Positions 13,701 through 26,471 are shown, counted from the stretch's first letter. The stretch is 64,000 nt of DNA from Octopus bimaculoides (GCF_001194135.2 NC_068986.1:72655471-72719470); one strand, 5' to 3'. Notes: generated from the sequence alone by a model not told the origin. Numbers and translations: made by a program.

Positions 13701-14789
13701 ATAAATATATAAATATGTATAGAACAATAGAAGACTTTTTACTTAATTATTAGGTTTATTTTCTTTATATGATTTAGTCAGAAGAGGCACAGCAGCATCA
13801 ATGAGTCTTTCAGGACATCTGAGATAGGTGGGAGGAAGGGGAGAAGATGTTCTCAGATTGGAGACTGAGCTCAAATGTTTGTAACAGATTGGACCCACCC
13901 AGAGGCACTCATAGACCAGATAGTGGTGTTAAACTGGGTAACAGATTAGGTCAGCCAGACCAAAACAAGAAAAGTCTCTGACAAGCTTCACACAGTTTCT
14001 GTCTACTAAATTCCACTCACAAAATTTTGGTTGATCTGAAATTATGATAAAAACTACTTGACCAAAACGCTATGCAGTTAGTTTGAACACCAAACTTCTT
14101 AACCACACAGTCCTGCTTACAAAGATATTGTTGTATTTTGATGTGAAAATTATTTGAACCAACAACAGTCTATATGGTGTAATTGATTCACTCATTAAGT
14201 ACTTTTACTTTGATCTTAATTTGAAAAATCTCAAAGCTTGAACCTTCAAAGCTGAGATAATTAACTGAATTTCTGTTGAAATACTTCCTACTTTTCTACA
14301 TTTACATGCATTTTCTATGCTTGCATAGGAGAAGCAATTTTGTTATGGAGTAGTAGTTTTTGCAGTCAAATTACACTCTTACCATTGAGCATGTAGGTGT
14401 TATGTATTTTTTTCAGGGAAGTATATGGAGACAGTTGATATGAGGTGCAATTTGTTTTGTTAATGAAGTATACTGGAAAAGTTGTTTATGAGGCTTGTTT
14501 AAAAGTGTTACACTTCCTTTACTTCATAACTATTGTATGTGTGCAAGGTGTGTGTGTGTAAATCTGTATCAACTGGAGCACTGACACAGCATATATAAGA
14601 TTAAAACTGTAACTAAGGTTACTAACATATTTTTAGTGATTGCCACAATATCTCAGCAACCAGGATTGAGTAAGTGGCTTTAAAGAAAAGTGAAACTAAT
14701 TGATAGTTCACTCATTCTCACTCCCTGGCTGCTGAGAAGATTGGGTTAATTACGGAATGTATTTTGACCATAACCTTGTTTACACTTTT

Positions 14790-14791
14790 GA

Positions 14792-14860
<69 letters not shown>

Positions 14861-14870
14861 ATATATATGT
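14790..14870. repeat. (TA)n microsatellite
   Basis: Long perfect TA run read directly. Other simple repeats: (TG)n ~9355-9391, (CA)n ~22214-22255, poly-T ~30733-30770, (TA)n ~33113-33162. Confidence 0.95.
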
Positions 14871-14874
14871 GTGT

Positions 14875-15150
14875 GTGTCTTGTTTCAGCCATTGGGCTGT
14901 GGCCATGCTGGGGCACCACTTTGATGGGTTTAGTTGAACAGTTGATTCCCAATACATAAATTTTTAAGCCTGATACTTATTTTATCTTTTTGGTGAACAG
15001 CTGTTATACTGACATAAACAAACCAACACCAGTTGCCAAGTGGTGAAGAGTGACAAACACAGATACACACACACACATGCATGCGTGCGCGCGCACACAC
15101 ACACACACACACACATACACATATATATAATGGGTTTCCACACAGTTTGA
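14875..15150 (-). mobile_element. tRNA-derived SINE family A, 3' part
   Basis: Reverse complement of the ...GGTGCCCCAGCATGGCCACAGCCCAATGGCTGAAACAAG tail, with an internal (TG)n. Same family as 26795-27025 and 61007-61270. Confidence 0.75.
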
Positions 15151-15424
15151 CCAAATGTACACATTGTAAAATAATGAGGATTCTTTATTCTTATGGCGTA
15201 TGTGGTGACTCTTCTGATGCTGATACCACAATAAAATGCAGTAATTACACACTGTAGAAACTGAGCCCAAAAGAAATTGTAAGATCAATATGTACTCCAC
15301 CAATTTATATACGAGAGTAGTGTTACCTAATAAGAAATGACTCAAGTTCTGACAACCGATCCAACATAAGTAACCATGGAATGTAGGTGATGATGATGAT
15401 GGTGGTGACAACAGTTGTTGTGAT

Positions 15425-15760
15425 GATACATATCATCATCATTTAATGTCTGTCTTCCATACTGGCATGGGTTGGACAGTTTGACAGGAGGTGGCAAGCC
15501 TGGGAACTAGACCAAGCTCCAGTGTCTGCTTTGGCATGGTGTTTACAGCTAGATGGCCTTCCTAACACTAACCACTTTAGAAAGTGTACTGGGTGCTTTT
15601 TATCTGGCACCAGCATAGTCTGATTTGACATGGTTTTATGGCTGGATGCCTTTCCTAATGCCAACCACTTGACAGAGTTAACTGGGTGCTTTTTATGTGG
15701 CAGCAACACCAACATGGTCACTTCATAACTTGCAAGACAAAGACCCCTCGAGAGGGAAGT
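15425..15760 (-). mobile_element. Family B retroposon copy (older, CpG-decayed)
   Basis: CATCATCATTTAATGTCTGTCTTCCATACTGGCATGGGTTGGAC and GGATGCCTTTCCTAATGCCAACCAC match the family B 3' end. Confidence 0.8.
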
Positions 15761-15978
15761 GGTATTGAGGGAGGCATATATATATATATATATAGTTGAA
15801 ATTTACAGAAAAACAAAAGATGAAGACAGGTGTATGAACAACAAGCAGGTGTTTTAGTTTGATGCTTGGGAAAGTGAGAAAGTTCTTTACATTTCAAGCC
15901 TATGCTCTTCAACAGAAAGGAATAAGAGAAAATAAACAGAGAGAGAATTAAAAAAAACGGTGGATTTAGTGATACACA

Positions 15979-16704
15979 CACAGTGTTCAGGCTAAATTTG
16001 ACAGTTTGCATAAAAAGAAAAGAAATCACAGAATTCCATCCAAAAATTAAAATATTTTAAAAAATCAAAAAATATCCACCAGATTATGGTTCAGCAATAA
16101 CAGTTTATTCAGAGTAGCCAGGCTCAATTTTCACCATGGCCTTAAGACAGCTCCAGAACCGACACATGTGTTCCTCACTGTGACCCTGGGAAGATCTTCA
16201 AGCACCTCCTTGATCTTTGTCACTGGCTCAGCCTTGAGTTGCAGGCAGAGTGACTGGTCTCTTTTGTAACCATGCCCCACACATAGTCATCCATGGGATT
16301 ACAATCGAGGGAATTAGGAAGCCAGAAATTCAGGCTGGTGAAGTCATAGAAATTCTCCGACAACCACTTCTGACTCTTTCTGGAGGTATGGCAAGGAGTT
16401 GAATCCTGCTGCCACACATACAACCTTCCAACAGCAACCCTCTCCAGCCTGGGATTGACTAATCTCCACCAGCTTTGCAAAACTGTCTTAATGGATCCAA
16501 AGGCCCTGTTCAAAGATGTGGGGCAGCATACCCTAAGACCATCACAATATTCAGATTGTTCCCAATCCTCCATGTCAGCTAACATTTTCTTAACTACAAC
16601 TTTAATCTTTATGCTCTTCAATGTGGTTGACTGTTCATCAATATATTAAGCTATTCCTGTAAAAAGGAAACAAAAAAATCTTCAAATATAGCCTGAACAC
16701 CCTA
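15979..16704 (-). mobile_element. Internally deleted Tc1/mariner (maT/DD37D-like) DNA transposon with both TIRs
   Basis: TIR-like ends GTGTTCAGGCTAAATTTGA (15983-16001) and TCAAATATAGCCTGAACACCCTA (16682-16704). ORF 16220-16621 has WQQDSTPCHTSRKSQKWL...FWLPNSLDCNPMDDYVWG, the catalytic C-terminal motifs. Confidence 0.85.
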
Positions 16705-17775
16705 TATACACACACGCATGTGCACATATAAATATATGATGGGTGTGTGTGTATACACCAGCATTATAATTAAAGGAGACACCTTAAAGAGAAGTAATTA
16801 CAGAGGTATCAAATTGCTGGACCAGGTCATGAAAGTTAGAGAAAGAGTTAGACCTCAACTAATCAGGAAGAGAATTAGCCTAGCTGAGATGTAGTTTTGT
16901 GATATAGAGAAGCACTACTGCTGCTTTTTTTCTAGAAAGGCAACTTCAGGAGAATTTAGCCAAAAGTAAGCCACTGCGTTTGTTGGCTCAGAGAAAGCAT
17001 TTGACACTAAATGTGGATGGAACCTATGGAAGAGGGAAACAAGGAAGACAGGGAATAAAGTAGTGGAGACCAATCTCAGGATGTTGAACCTCATGGAAGA
17101 GATGACAAAGGACCAAGATGATTGGTGATTTACTGTGCTCAAGAAGACCTGACCATCTGTGCAAAAATTAGGTTCTTGAAAGCATATCATTTTGTCTACA
17201 CATTCAAGTCATCCCCACCACTCATCTTCTCAGTATCTATCCCCCATCATTCAACTAACTCTACCTCAGCTGTTATAATAATTATATGACAGCAGAGTTG
17301 CATCATACCCTTTTGCACTTCAGTTTCCCCTCTACTTGGAATTACCTCCCCATGTCATCCACCTCACATTTTCAGTATCATCCCATAACACTATTGAACT
17401 AATATCAGCCATCAGTGCCCCTCTCCACACTCATGTAGACAGATATTGAGTTGCCAGTGTTTCAGTATTGTGAAGAAGGTGCTTGGGATGCAATGGAGTT
17501 GATTGAAATGTTTGGGTATTTGATGGCAGGGCAGTAACTATTTGTGTTTGAGATACACATATAAATAACAGATTCTAAATTGTTCAAAGATTTCTACATA
17601 AAGATGCCTTCACATGCATACAGGCATAGAAGTTTGTTGACTTATGTGTCATTCTTAATCTAGTGTGATACAAATAAATTAATTTTTGGTCTAAGTATTT
17701 TATTTTCTGTTTAAATGGAATTCAATTTTCTCTTCCGAAATTGAGTGTTATTATTTTTTTAACTATTGTCATTAG

Positions 17776-17887
17776 GATTCCCCAAGTGAAGAGTCACCCG
17801 AGGAAGAGGAGGAAATATCTGAGGAAATGGATAGTTATACAAAAGTGAAAGAAACTTTAAAACATTTGCAAACAATTACAGAAACAG
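17776..17887 (+). CDS. FEZ1/FEZ2 (unc-76): FEZ/UNC-76 coding exon, phase 0-1
   Basis: ATTAG| acceptor and G|GTATGT donor. The 112 nt encode DSPSEESPEEEEEISEEMDSYTKVKETLKHLQTITET (cf. FEZ1 NSPDPEEEEE). Phases join both neighbouring exons. Confidence 0.88.
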
Positions 17888-19069
17888 GTATGTTTATTAC
17901 AGTTTGCCATCAATTCTAAGAAAGTTTTTAGTATTTTTCTTGCCTGAGTTCTAATCAGTTCAAAAGTTTTTTATCTTTTTGTAGTTCCCATATTGTTTTT
18001 CTATATCTCACATATAGCTTTTGTTTGTCCATGTATTTTTAAGATGTATTTGTTATTTTCATTAATTGTAAGGTGGAAATAACAATAGAAAATTTGATGT
18101 GGTAATTAGTTATAGTCAAAGTTCAAATTCAGCCAGAAATCTTTCCTTGTTTACCCTAGAAATCCGGTATGTGTGTATCTTTATGAATGTCCCACCACTA
18201 AACTAGTTAATGTTTAATCTAAATTGTAAATATTGGTTGGAGTAGGGGCCACAGTTCTAGGAAGGTAAGACTAAGTAAGATGCTTAGTTTTGTTTCTAGA
18301 AAGTAAGATATCATGACTGTTTAACCACAACAAGTATGAAAAGCATGTAAGTTGTGACTGTGGTATAAAGAAAAGGTATTGAAAGGCAAAACAGTTTATC
18401 ATAGCTGACAGTAAAATTAATTTCTGAGAGAATATACTAAAATGTTAATGACTTTTTCTTGTTATTCAAAGTACAGAAATAATATGTGGTATATCTCATT
18501 TATAATAATTCTTAAACCTGAAGGTTTTTTTTTTTTTTTTTGCTTTTGAAGAGAAGGTTAATTACTTTAATACAATTTATTAAAGTATTAATTGGAGAAT
18601 ATAATAAGATTGGATTTTCTAGTTAGTTTTATTTTCAAGCATGTCACAATGATTTCACATATTAAAGAAAAAGAAAAAAAGAAAAACTAATTTGTTAGAA
18701 TGTGTATAGCATTGAATGAAACCTAGCATATTACTGATAACAAAATTTTACTTTTATATTTTAGTGTTTGGTTAGTAAATAAGTACAACCCATTGAAAAA
18801 TAAATTTTCAGGTTATCTATCATTATTAATGAAAATATCATCGGAGAAATAATTCATATAGTGAAAGAGAGTACAATGGGCAATGCTTGAAATGACAAGG
18901 TTTACTTTATAAAAAAGCTTTCTACATATACAAGGTACTTTCAGAAAGTACCCAACTTTATTTTTTCCCACCAAAACTAATACCATATAAGCAAAATCCT
19001 TTGGGTGGGAGGTGATGCCACCCTTCTTACATATGTTAAAATTCTCATGCCAGTAAGCCACATAAGTTC

Positions 19070-19767
19070 CCAGCTGTTACACCTTGAGTACAGATGTATA
19101 GTTGCAAGATGACCAAACACATTCAGCAGAAACCATAAATCCATATCTCATCACCAGTGATGATGGTCTTCATGAAGTCTGAGAAATTTCCATGTGGACT
19201 TGCTTTTGCTGCTCTGCCCGCACTTTGGGGGTGAGTTCCAACAACACTCTCTACATGCACAAATCCTCTGTTTAAATGGAATACACTGATCTTGTACTTA
19301 TTCCAACTTTGTGAGCAATTTCCTGGATTGTTACATGACTATTTTACCAAATCTGCTCAATCAGCTCCTCATTTTGGCCTGCCTGAGAGTACCACGCTCT
19401 CTACTGAGGTGCAGCCATGTTTGAAGTGATTGTACCACTCCTTGATCTGAGTTTTGCCCATGGCTTCATCATCAAAGGCCTGCTGAATCTTTTGGATGGT
19501 CTGAGCTCGAGTATCACCAAGCTTTTGACGAAACTTAATACAATATCTCTGCCTGATATGTTCGGTGAAAATGGAAATCCAACAAGCACACACTACACGT
19601 CAGTACTCTAGGTGTAGCCGCCAAGAATTGACACAGCTTACTGGCATGAAAATTTTCATACATGCGCTTGAAGAGTGACGTCACCTCCCAGCCAAGAGAT
19701 TTTGCCCACGCAACATTAGCTTTGGCAGGAAAAAATAGAGTCAGATATTTTTTAAACACACCTCATA
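19070..19767 (-). mobile_element. Mariner transposase 5' remnant with left TIR
   Basis: ORF 19369-19593 QRYCIKFRQKLGDT...MGKTQIKEWYNHFKHG..SVES...SGRP is the mariner HTH. IITGDEIWIYG occurs at ~19135-19170. TIR-like TA|TGAGGTGTGTTTAAAAAATATC at ~19745-19767. Left boundary approximate. Confidence 0.85.
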
Positions 19768-19942
19768 TACTGTAGAATGTGACAGCCAGCAAGCTTTTGA
19801 TTAAAATAAATAAGTTGGAGTTTTGTTCTGGTGATTTTCAAGTATTATTGATTGATGCTTAGGGTAACATCATTCTCAAAGTTACATCATACATTAGTAG
19901 CAAATGTCTTATGTGTATATTATCATCATCATTATCATTATG

Positions 19943-20174
19943 AAGGCAACAAGCTGGCAGAATCATTAGTGTGCTGGGCAAAATGCTTAGCAACATTTCG
20001 TCTGTCTTTATGTTCTGAGTTCAAATTCTGCCAAGGTCAGCTTTGCCTTTCATCCTTTTGGGGTCAATAAATTAAGTACCAGTGAAACATTGGGGTCAGT
20101 GTAATCAACTAGTCCCCTCCCTAAAAATTTCAGGCCTTGTACCCTTAGAAGAAAGGATGATTATTATTATTATT
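19943..20174 (+). mobile_element. Meta-type SINE with (ATT)n tail
   Basis: GCTGGCAGAATCATTAG head, GAGTTCAAATTCTG B box, TTTGCCTTTCATCCTTTTGGGGTCAATAAATTAAGTACCAG core, and (ATT)5 tail at 20160-20174. Confidence 0.85.
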
Positions 20175-21793
20175 GCCTTTGCACAGCTTCTAACGCTGAA
20201 GATGTACTACGGTGTCAGCTGTTCACTGCCAGTGAACCAAGGTACCACCTCTTATTTTCAAGCACCTTCCGGAGTATTTGAGCGGTTTCAAGCAGTGCTG
20301 TTTTCTGCAAGTGCTCCACCCTTATTGCAGCCCCCATTTGTTCCATGTACTTCTCAAGATTTTTACTCACTGTTCCCAGGACTCTGACAATTATTGGTAC
20401 TATTATCACCTTTTTCATCGATCACAACTGCTTAAGCTCCCAAGCTAACCTGCCATATCTATCGACTTTTCTTTCTTCCTTATCACATACCTTGTTGTCA
20501 GCTGGGCATGCTATTATTACTATTAATATCCAGCATAGTTTGTTTTCTTTCTCAATTAAGATTATGTCTGGCTTCCTATTCTCTATCTTATAATTGCACT
20601 GAATCTTAAAATCCCATAGAATCTTTGCATTGTTATTTTCAACGATGCCTTCAGGTTTGTGGTTGTACCAATTTTTGGCTCTGTCAAGTCCATACTTGTT
20701 GCAAAGTGTCCAATGGACAAGCCTTGCTATATTTGTCATAGCATCTCTTATATTCCTTCTGGGCTAGTGGTGTACATTGGCTGGTAATATGCCATATGGT
20801 TTCACCATTTTGTCCAAAGATTCTGCACTTATCACTTTCTGATGTGTTATCTATTCTGTATTTTATGTAGTTTGTTCTTAGTGCTTGCTCTTGGACAGCA
20901 CAGATTAGAGCCTCTGTTTCTGGTTTTAAATCACTTTTAGTCATCCACAGCCATCTTTTTTCTCTGTCTGTCTTATCTTTAACATCCCTATGAAATTGTC
21001 TATGCATTCTTTTCTTTACCCGCATATTTTCAGTTTAATTCATTTTCAATTGCTTGTTCAGTGCTTTATCTTTGCAATCTTTCATCCTACACAAGCCTGA
21101 CCTTCTTACTTCTAATAATAGCGGTTCTGTGGCATTTTTTACATCCCATGCTATGTTGTTTTCTTCTGCTCTAATGCTCTGTTCACATCCAATAAGTCCT
21201 GTTCCCCCCTCTTTTTATTGGTACATATCGTCTCTCTGTGTCACTTTTTGGGTGGCGTGTCCCATATCTAGTTAGTAACTTCCTTGTCTTTCTGTTTAAG
21301 CTGTTTAGTTCATCTACTGTCCATGCAATTACCCCTGCTCCATATCTAAGGAGTGAAACCGTCCAGATGTCGATTGCTTCAATCTTATTCCGTCCTTTTA
21401 ATTTTGATTTGAGGATCAGTTTCAGTCTGTGCAAGTACTCCACCTTTTTTTCTGTCATTTCTTTCTCTATCAATTTATCCATTTCCAAAATCCCCAAGTA
21501 CTTCTGGCCTGTCTCTTCTATCTGCTTCATAACCTCTCCCGATGGTATCGTTAGTCCATCCATACATTTGATTTTGCCTCTCTTCAAGACTAACACACCA
21601 CACTTTCTCAGTCCGAACTCCATTCTGATATCAGCACTGAAAGAATACACCGTATCAACGAGGGAACTGACTTGGGCTTCATCTTTACCATAAAGTTTGA
21701 GGTCATCCATGAATAACAAATGGCGGCTTTTGAATACATACCCAGCTTTTGCATTCCTCAAAATCAGTGTTAGTGGTATCAAGCACAGTACAG
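20175..21793 (-). mobile_element. 5'-truncated R4/Dong-clade non-LTR retrotransposon (RT C-terminus, CCHC knuckle, restriction-like endonuclease), frameshifted
   Basis: HLLFMDDLKLY; MEFGLRKC; KYLGI; LRYGAGVIAW; CRIFG..ETIWHITSQC; LWDF...RKPDIIL; PIIV..LGTV; LQKTALLETAQILRKVL. The pieces are collinear over four ORFs. FMDD plus a C-terminal PD..D nuclease is the R4-clade architecture. Confidence 0.9.
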
Positions 21794-21822
21794 ATTATTA
21801 TTATTATTATTATTATTATTAT

Positions 21823-22196
21823 GTTTGAGCAATAACAATTTATACAGAGTAGCTAGGTTCAATTTCCACCATGGCCTCAAGACAACTCCAGAACCTGACA
21901 CATGTCTTCCTCACTGTGCCCCTGGGAGGTTCTTCAAACACCTCAGTGTCTATATAAGTGCCAGTTGAACATTGGGGTCTTGTGCCAAAATTGAAACCAT
22001 TATAATTTTTTTTCCTCCCTTCCTCGAAATACATTGTGTCATATAAGACTTATGTCACATGTACCCCACTCAGTTGAGAGGTCTTATTTTTTGAATACTT
22101 GGTGGCTTCACTACTGTTGGTGCCATAAAAAAGCATTCTGTACCTTCTGTAAAGTGAAATTTTGATTTACTGTCGAGTGATTTTTGGTCAACCCTG
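21823..22196 (-). mobile_element. Non-autonomous Tc1/maT-related fragment
   Basis: 21823-21950 closely resembles 16090-16210 (CAGAGTAGC.AGG.TCAATTT.CACCATGGCCT.AAGACA.CTCCAGAACC). Terminus TA|CAGGGTTGACCAAAAATC at 22198-22180 on the minus strand. Confidence 0.7.
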
Positions 22197-22211
22197 TATG
22201 TATGTGTGTGT

Positions 22212-22257
<46 letters not shown>

Positions 22258-23229
22258 CAAGCTTTCACACAGTTTTTATCTACTAAATTCACTAAGTATT
22301 GGTTGACTGGGGTTAAAGTAGAGGACCTGCGCTGTAGGGCTGAACCCAAGAACATGAGACTGCAAACCAAGCTTCATAACCACACAGCCATGCCTTTGCC
22401 TAAGATAGTTTAATTTCATAAATTGAAGTGTTACACAGTACTTTCTTTCTGATTAATTTTATTTTAAATAGAGTATTTTTACATTATCATACTAATCCTT
22501 AGTACAAATTATGTTTAGATATTTATAAGTTTTGTGGTAAAACCTATCAGAGTTTGTATTTTACATTATCTTTTGGTCCTAAATTCTGTTTTGATGGAAT
22601 AAAAGCTTTCAATAAATGGAGTATTTTGATAGGGAGGAGAGGATATCTTAGTCATTAACTATAAATTGTGCTAATCTGTCTTTAAAGTATTAATAGAATG
22701 ACACAGTTTCTTTTATTGTTTACATGTGTTAACTATCTCACATTGTTTTTGTCTTTAGCTCAACAAATGGATTAGTGATGGGGATAATAAGAACTATGTA
22801 CCTGCATTCATAATTAAGAGTCTGGCTTAATTTGTTGTCTTTTTATTAGTTTTTCAATCAGAAACTCCTAATTTATCCTAAATCATCATGCCTTTGTTAA
22901 TGTTACAAGTATGCATTCTCATTAAAACAAATATCTCTTCAATATTATTGAGGCTATTAGTTTAAGTATAGATATAAATATTGAATAAAAATTAGTCAGG
23001 GTCATTTATAAAATTTTAAAATACCAAAGAAACAGAAAATTTATGAAATAATATTTGAGTTTAAAATATTGCTTCTGAGTTATGTCTGAATGTATTTCAG
23101 CAATGAGTATCTGTATTATCTTTCCACTTTTATGTCTTAGTGAATTGCTAATTTTTAAAACGTTTTTAGCAAGAAGAAAAAAGTTAAGATGAGCATTAAG
23201 AGAATAACATATGCATTCCATAGAGTCCA

Positions 23230-24030
23230 CTATTGTCATGTGTTTAAAGATATGAAAACAGGAAAAGAAGCTGGTCCATCAAGTGTAGTTACTAAGATGC
23301 TGAATTCTGGCACTGTAGGACTCAAGCTAATCTTTCACATAGTCAATCAAGTAATTCAAAGAAGTTTTATACCAAATGAGTGGCATTTCAGTATAATCAT
23401 CAATTTCTACAAGGACAAGGAGATATTTCAGAAAAAAGCAACTACAGAGATATCAAACTAATGGACAAGATTATGAAAGTAATGGAAAGAACTTTAATAT
23501 AATTGATTAAGAACAAAATCACCTTAGATGAAATGCAATTTGAATTTGTACAAAGCTGGCAGTACTGCTGATGCATTTTTCATATGAAACAATTCCAAGA
23601 GGTATTTTCTGGCTAAAAATAAATCTCTCTGCCTTGCATTTGTTGATCTGGAGAAGGACTTTGATAAGATTCTACAATTTATAATCTGGTGGTCTTTAAG
23701 AAAACTAGGTATAGATGAATGGCTTGAGAGCAATGCAGGCCATGTACAGGAATGCAGTTAGTAAAGTGAGAGTTGACTAGAAATTTGGTGAGAAATTTAG
23801 CATGCAGGCAGGAACTCACCAAGTCTCAGTCCTCAGCCCTCTCCTATTTATTATAGCTCTCCAATCTATAACAAAGGAATTTAAGACTAGCTGTGTAGCT
23901 TCTATGTAGTTCCTATGAAAAAGTGGTCTAGTCCTTATAGCAGAGTCTGTGAAAGATCTACAGAAGAAATTTCAGACATGGAAGCATAACCCAGGATTAA
24001 GTGGCCTCAGAGTAAACTTTGCTAAGACTA
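23230..24030 (+). mobile_element. Heavily decayed RTE-clade RT fragment
   Basis: KEAGPSSVVTKML, IPNEWHFSIIINFYK, DEMQF, LAFVDLEKDFDK and GLRVNFAKT remnants, with many stops and frameshifts. Confidence 0.85.
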
Positions 24031-24031
24031 A

Positions 24032-25112
24032 TCGTCGTCGCCGTCGTTTAACGTCTGCTTTCCATGCTAGCATGGGTTGGACGATTTGACTGAGGATTGG
24101 TGAAACCAGATGGCTACACCAGGCTCCAATCTGATTTGGCAGAGTTTCTACAGTTGGATGCCCTTCCTAACGCCAACCACTCAGAGAGTGTAGTGGGTGC
24201 TTTTACGTGTCACCCGCACGAAGGCCAGTCAGGCGGTACTGGCAACGGCCACGCTCNNNNNNNNNNNNNNNNNNNNNNNNNNNNNNNNNNNNNNNNNNNN
24301 NNNNNNNNNNNNNNNNNNNNNNNNNNNNNNNNNNNNNNNNNNNNNNNNNNNNNNNNNNNNNNNNNNNNNNNNNNNNNNNNNNNNNNNNNNNNNNNNNNNN
24401 NNNNNNNNNNNNNNNNNNNNNNNNNNNNNNNNNNNNNNNNNNNNNNNNNNNNNNNNNNNNNNNNNNNNNNNNNNNNNNNNNNNNNNNNNNNNNNNNNNNN
24501 NNNNNNNNNNNNNNNNNNNNNNNNNNNNNNNNNNNNNNNNNNNNNNNNNNNNNNNNNNNNNNNNNNNNNNNNNNNNNNNNNNNNNNNNNNNNNNNNNNNN
24601 NNNNNNNNNNNNNNNNNNNNNNNNNNNNNNNNNNNNNNNNNNNNNNNNNNNNNNNNNNNNNNNNNNNNNNNNNNNNNNNNNNNNNNNNNNNNNNNNNNNN
24701 NNNNNNNNNNNNNNNNNNNNNNNNNNNNNNNNNNNNNNNNNNNNNNNNNNNNNNNNNNNNNNNNNNNNNNNNNGCACTGGCAACGATCTCACTCGAAAGA
24801 TTTCATGTGTTGCCCGCACATGAGCCAGTCTAGGGGCACCGGCAACGATCTCGCTCGAAAGATTTCATGTGTCACCCGCACATGAGCCAGTCCAGGGGAA
24901 CCAGCAACGATCTCGCTCGAAAATCCTACAACGGCCCCGCACAAGAGCCAGTCCAGGGGCACTGGCAACGGTCTCGGTCGAAAAATTTCTTGTGTCACCT
25001 GCACAAGAGCCAGTCCAGGGGCACTGGCAACGATCTCACTCGAAAGATTTCATGTGTTGCCTGCACATGAGCCAGTCCAGGAGAACCAGCAACGATCTCG
25101 CTCGAAAATCCT
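24032..25112 (-). mobile_element. Young family B retroposon with expanded 61-62-bp tandem array (spans gap 24257-24773)
   Basis: CpG-intact 3' end at 24032-24256. Units start at 24774, 24836, 24898, 24959, 25021 and 25083. The unit's reverse complement TTTCGAGCGAGATCGTTGCCAGTGCCCCTGGACTGGCTC matches the family B internal repeat. Confidence 0.85.
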
Positions 25113-25619
25113 AGAAAAATATCCATTTCAGGTTCTTTGTAATATGCACTCGATCCAAAACCTTTTTTCTTAATAAGAGCCTGTAAAAACTAAAGTCCAT
25201 ATTGAAATCCATTTTAAATTGATGGGAAGATATAGCAAAAATGAGTACTTGGGACCAATTTACAAATCATTTTTTACATTGCTAATAATACAACACAGCT
25301 GGCTACTGTACAATTATGGTTTCTTGTCATATCTCTACCACCCACTAAGGATGTATCAATACTTTAGTATAAACCAGCAACATTGACAAAGACAAAAGCC
25401 AAACTTATTACTCACATGACTATACGTTCCTTTTTCCAAGTACATTAAATATTTTATGCAATGTAATGGATATTAATTTCTATTGTGAAATATTTTTATT
25501 GGTTCATTTGAGCCAGTGTACATTGCTTGGATAATGAGGCTGAAGTTACATAAAACATTAAGTTATATTAAATATGCAGTAGCCATGGCCTATGCCAGTG
25601 TCACATCACCAGCCCATTT

Positions 25620-26225
25620 AAGAGTACCCTTCAATCATTGGGCAATATACTGTGCTTGAGAAGACCTGTTGAGTCAAGTGAAATCATTGTTGTGGCCATT
25701 GCCAGTACCGCCTGACTGGCACCTGTACAGGTGGCATGTAAAAAGCACTATTCGAGCATGGTTGATGCCAGTCCCACCACACTGGCTCCTGTGCTGGTGA
25801 CACATCAAAAGCACCATACAAGAGTGGTCAATACCAGTGCCACCTGACTGGTCCCATGCCTGTGGCATGTAAAAAGCCCCATTCGAGCATGGTCGTTGCC
25901 AGTGTCGACTGACTGGCTCCCATGCTGGTGGCACTTAAAAAGCACCATTCAAGCGAGGTCGATGCCAATGCCATCTAACTGGCTCCCATGCTGGTGGTAC
26001 ATGAAAAAAACCATTCAAGTGTGGTCAATGCTAGTACTGCCTGACGGTGGCATATAAAACGCATTCACTACACTGTCGGAGTGATTGGTGTTAAGCGCAT
26101 GCTACTGTAGAAACTTTGCTGGATTCAGATTGGAGCCTGGTGCAGCCTCTCAGCATCCCAGTCCTCAGTCAAACCATCCAATGCATGCCAGCATGTAAAG
26201 CAGATGTCAAATGATGCTGAGTATG
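25620..26225 (+). mobile_element. Family B retroposon with about 5.5 diverged ~65-nt internal repeats
   Basis: Repeating TGGT..TTGCCAGT...CTGACTGGCTCC..TG..GGTGGCA..TAAAAAGCACCATTC units from 25693 to ~26060, followed by the family B 3' end. Confidence 0.82.
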
Positions 26226-26269
26226 ATTATAATAGCACCGTTTTTCTTTTTCATTTTCTGTTTTGTGCG

Positions 26270-26288
26270 TATATATATAATATATATG

Positions 26289-26357
<69 letters not shown>

Positions 26358-26471
26358 TTATGTATATAATATATATTATGTATATAATATATATTATGTA
26401 TATAATATATATTATATATATATAATATATATATATAATATATATATATATATAATATATATATATATATA
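26270..26471. repeat. Compound AT-rich microsatellite/minisatellite (18-bp unit ATATATATTATGTATATA) running into a gap
   Basis: Read directly; it explains the YNIYYV-repeat ORFs. Confidence 0.9.

Noticed and set aside
7040-15200. Short ORFs rich in VC/HT/YI repeats (also 22070-22413, 26204-26425, 27688-27945, 37561-37902, 38696-38914)
   Set aside because: These are translations of (TG)n, (CA)n and (TA)n microsatellites and of SINE interiors.
24774-25112. Regularly spaced ~62-bp units resembling a CRISPR array
   Set aside because: Whole units repeat with no unique spacers, the context is eukaryotic, there are no cas genes, and the unit matches the internal repeat of the family B retroposon.
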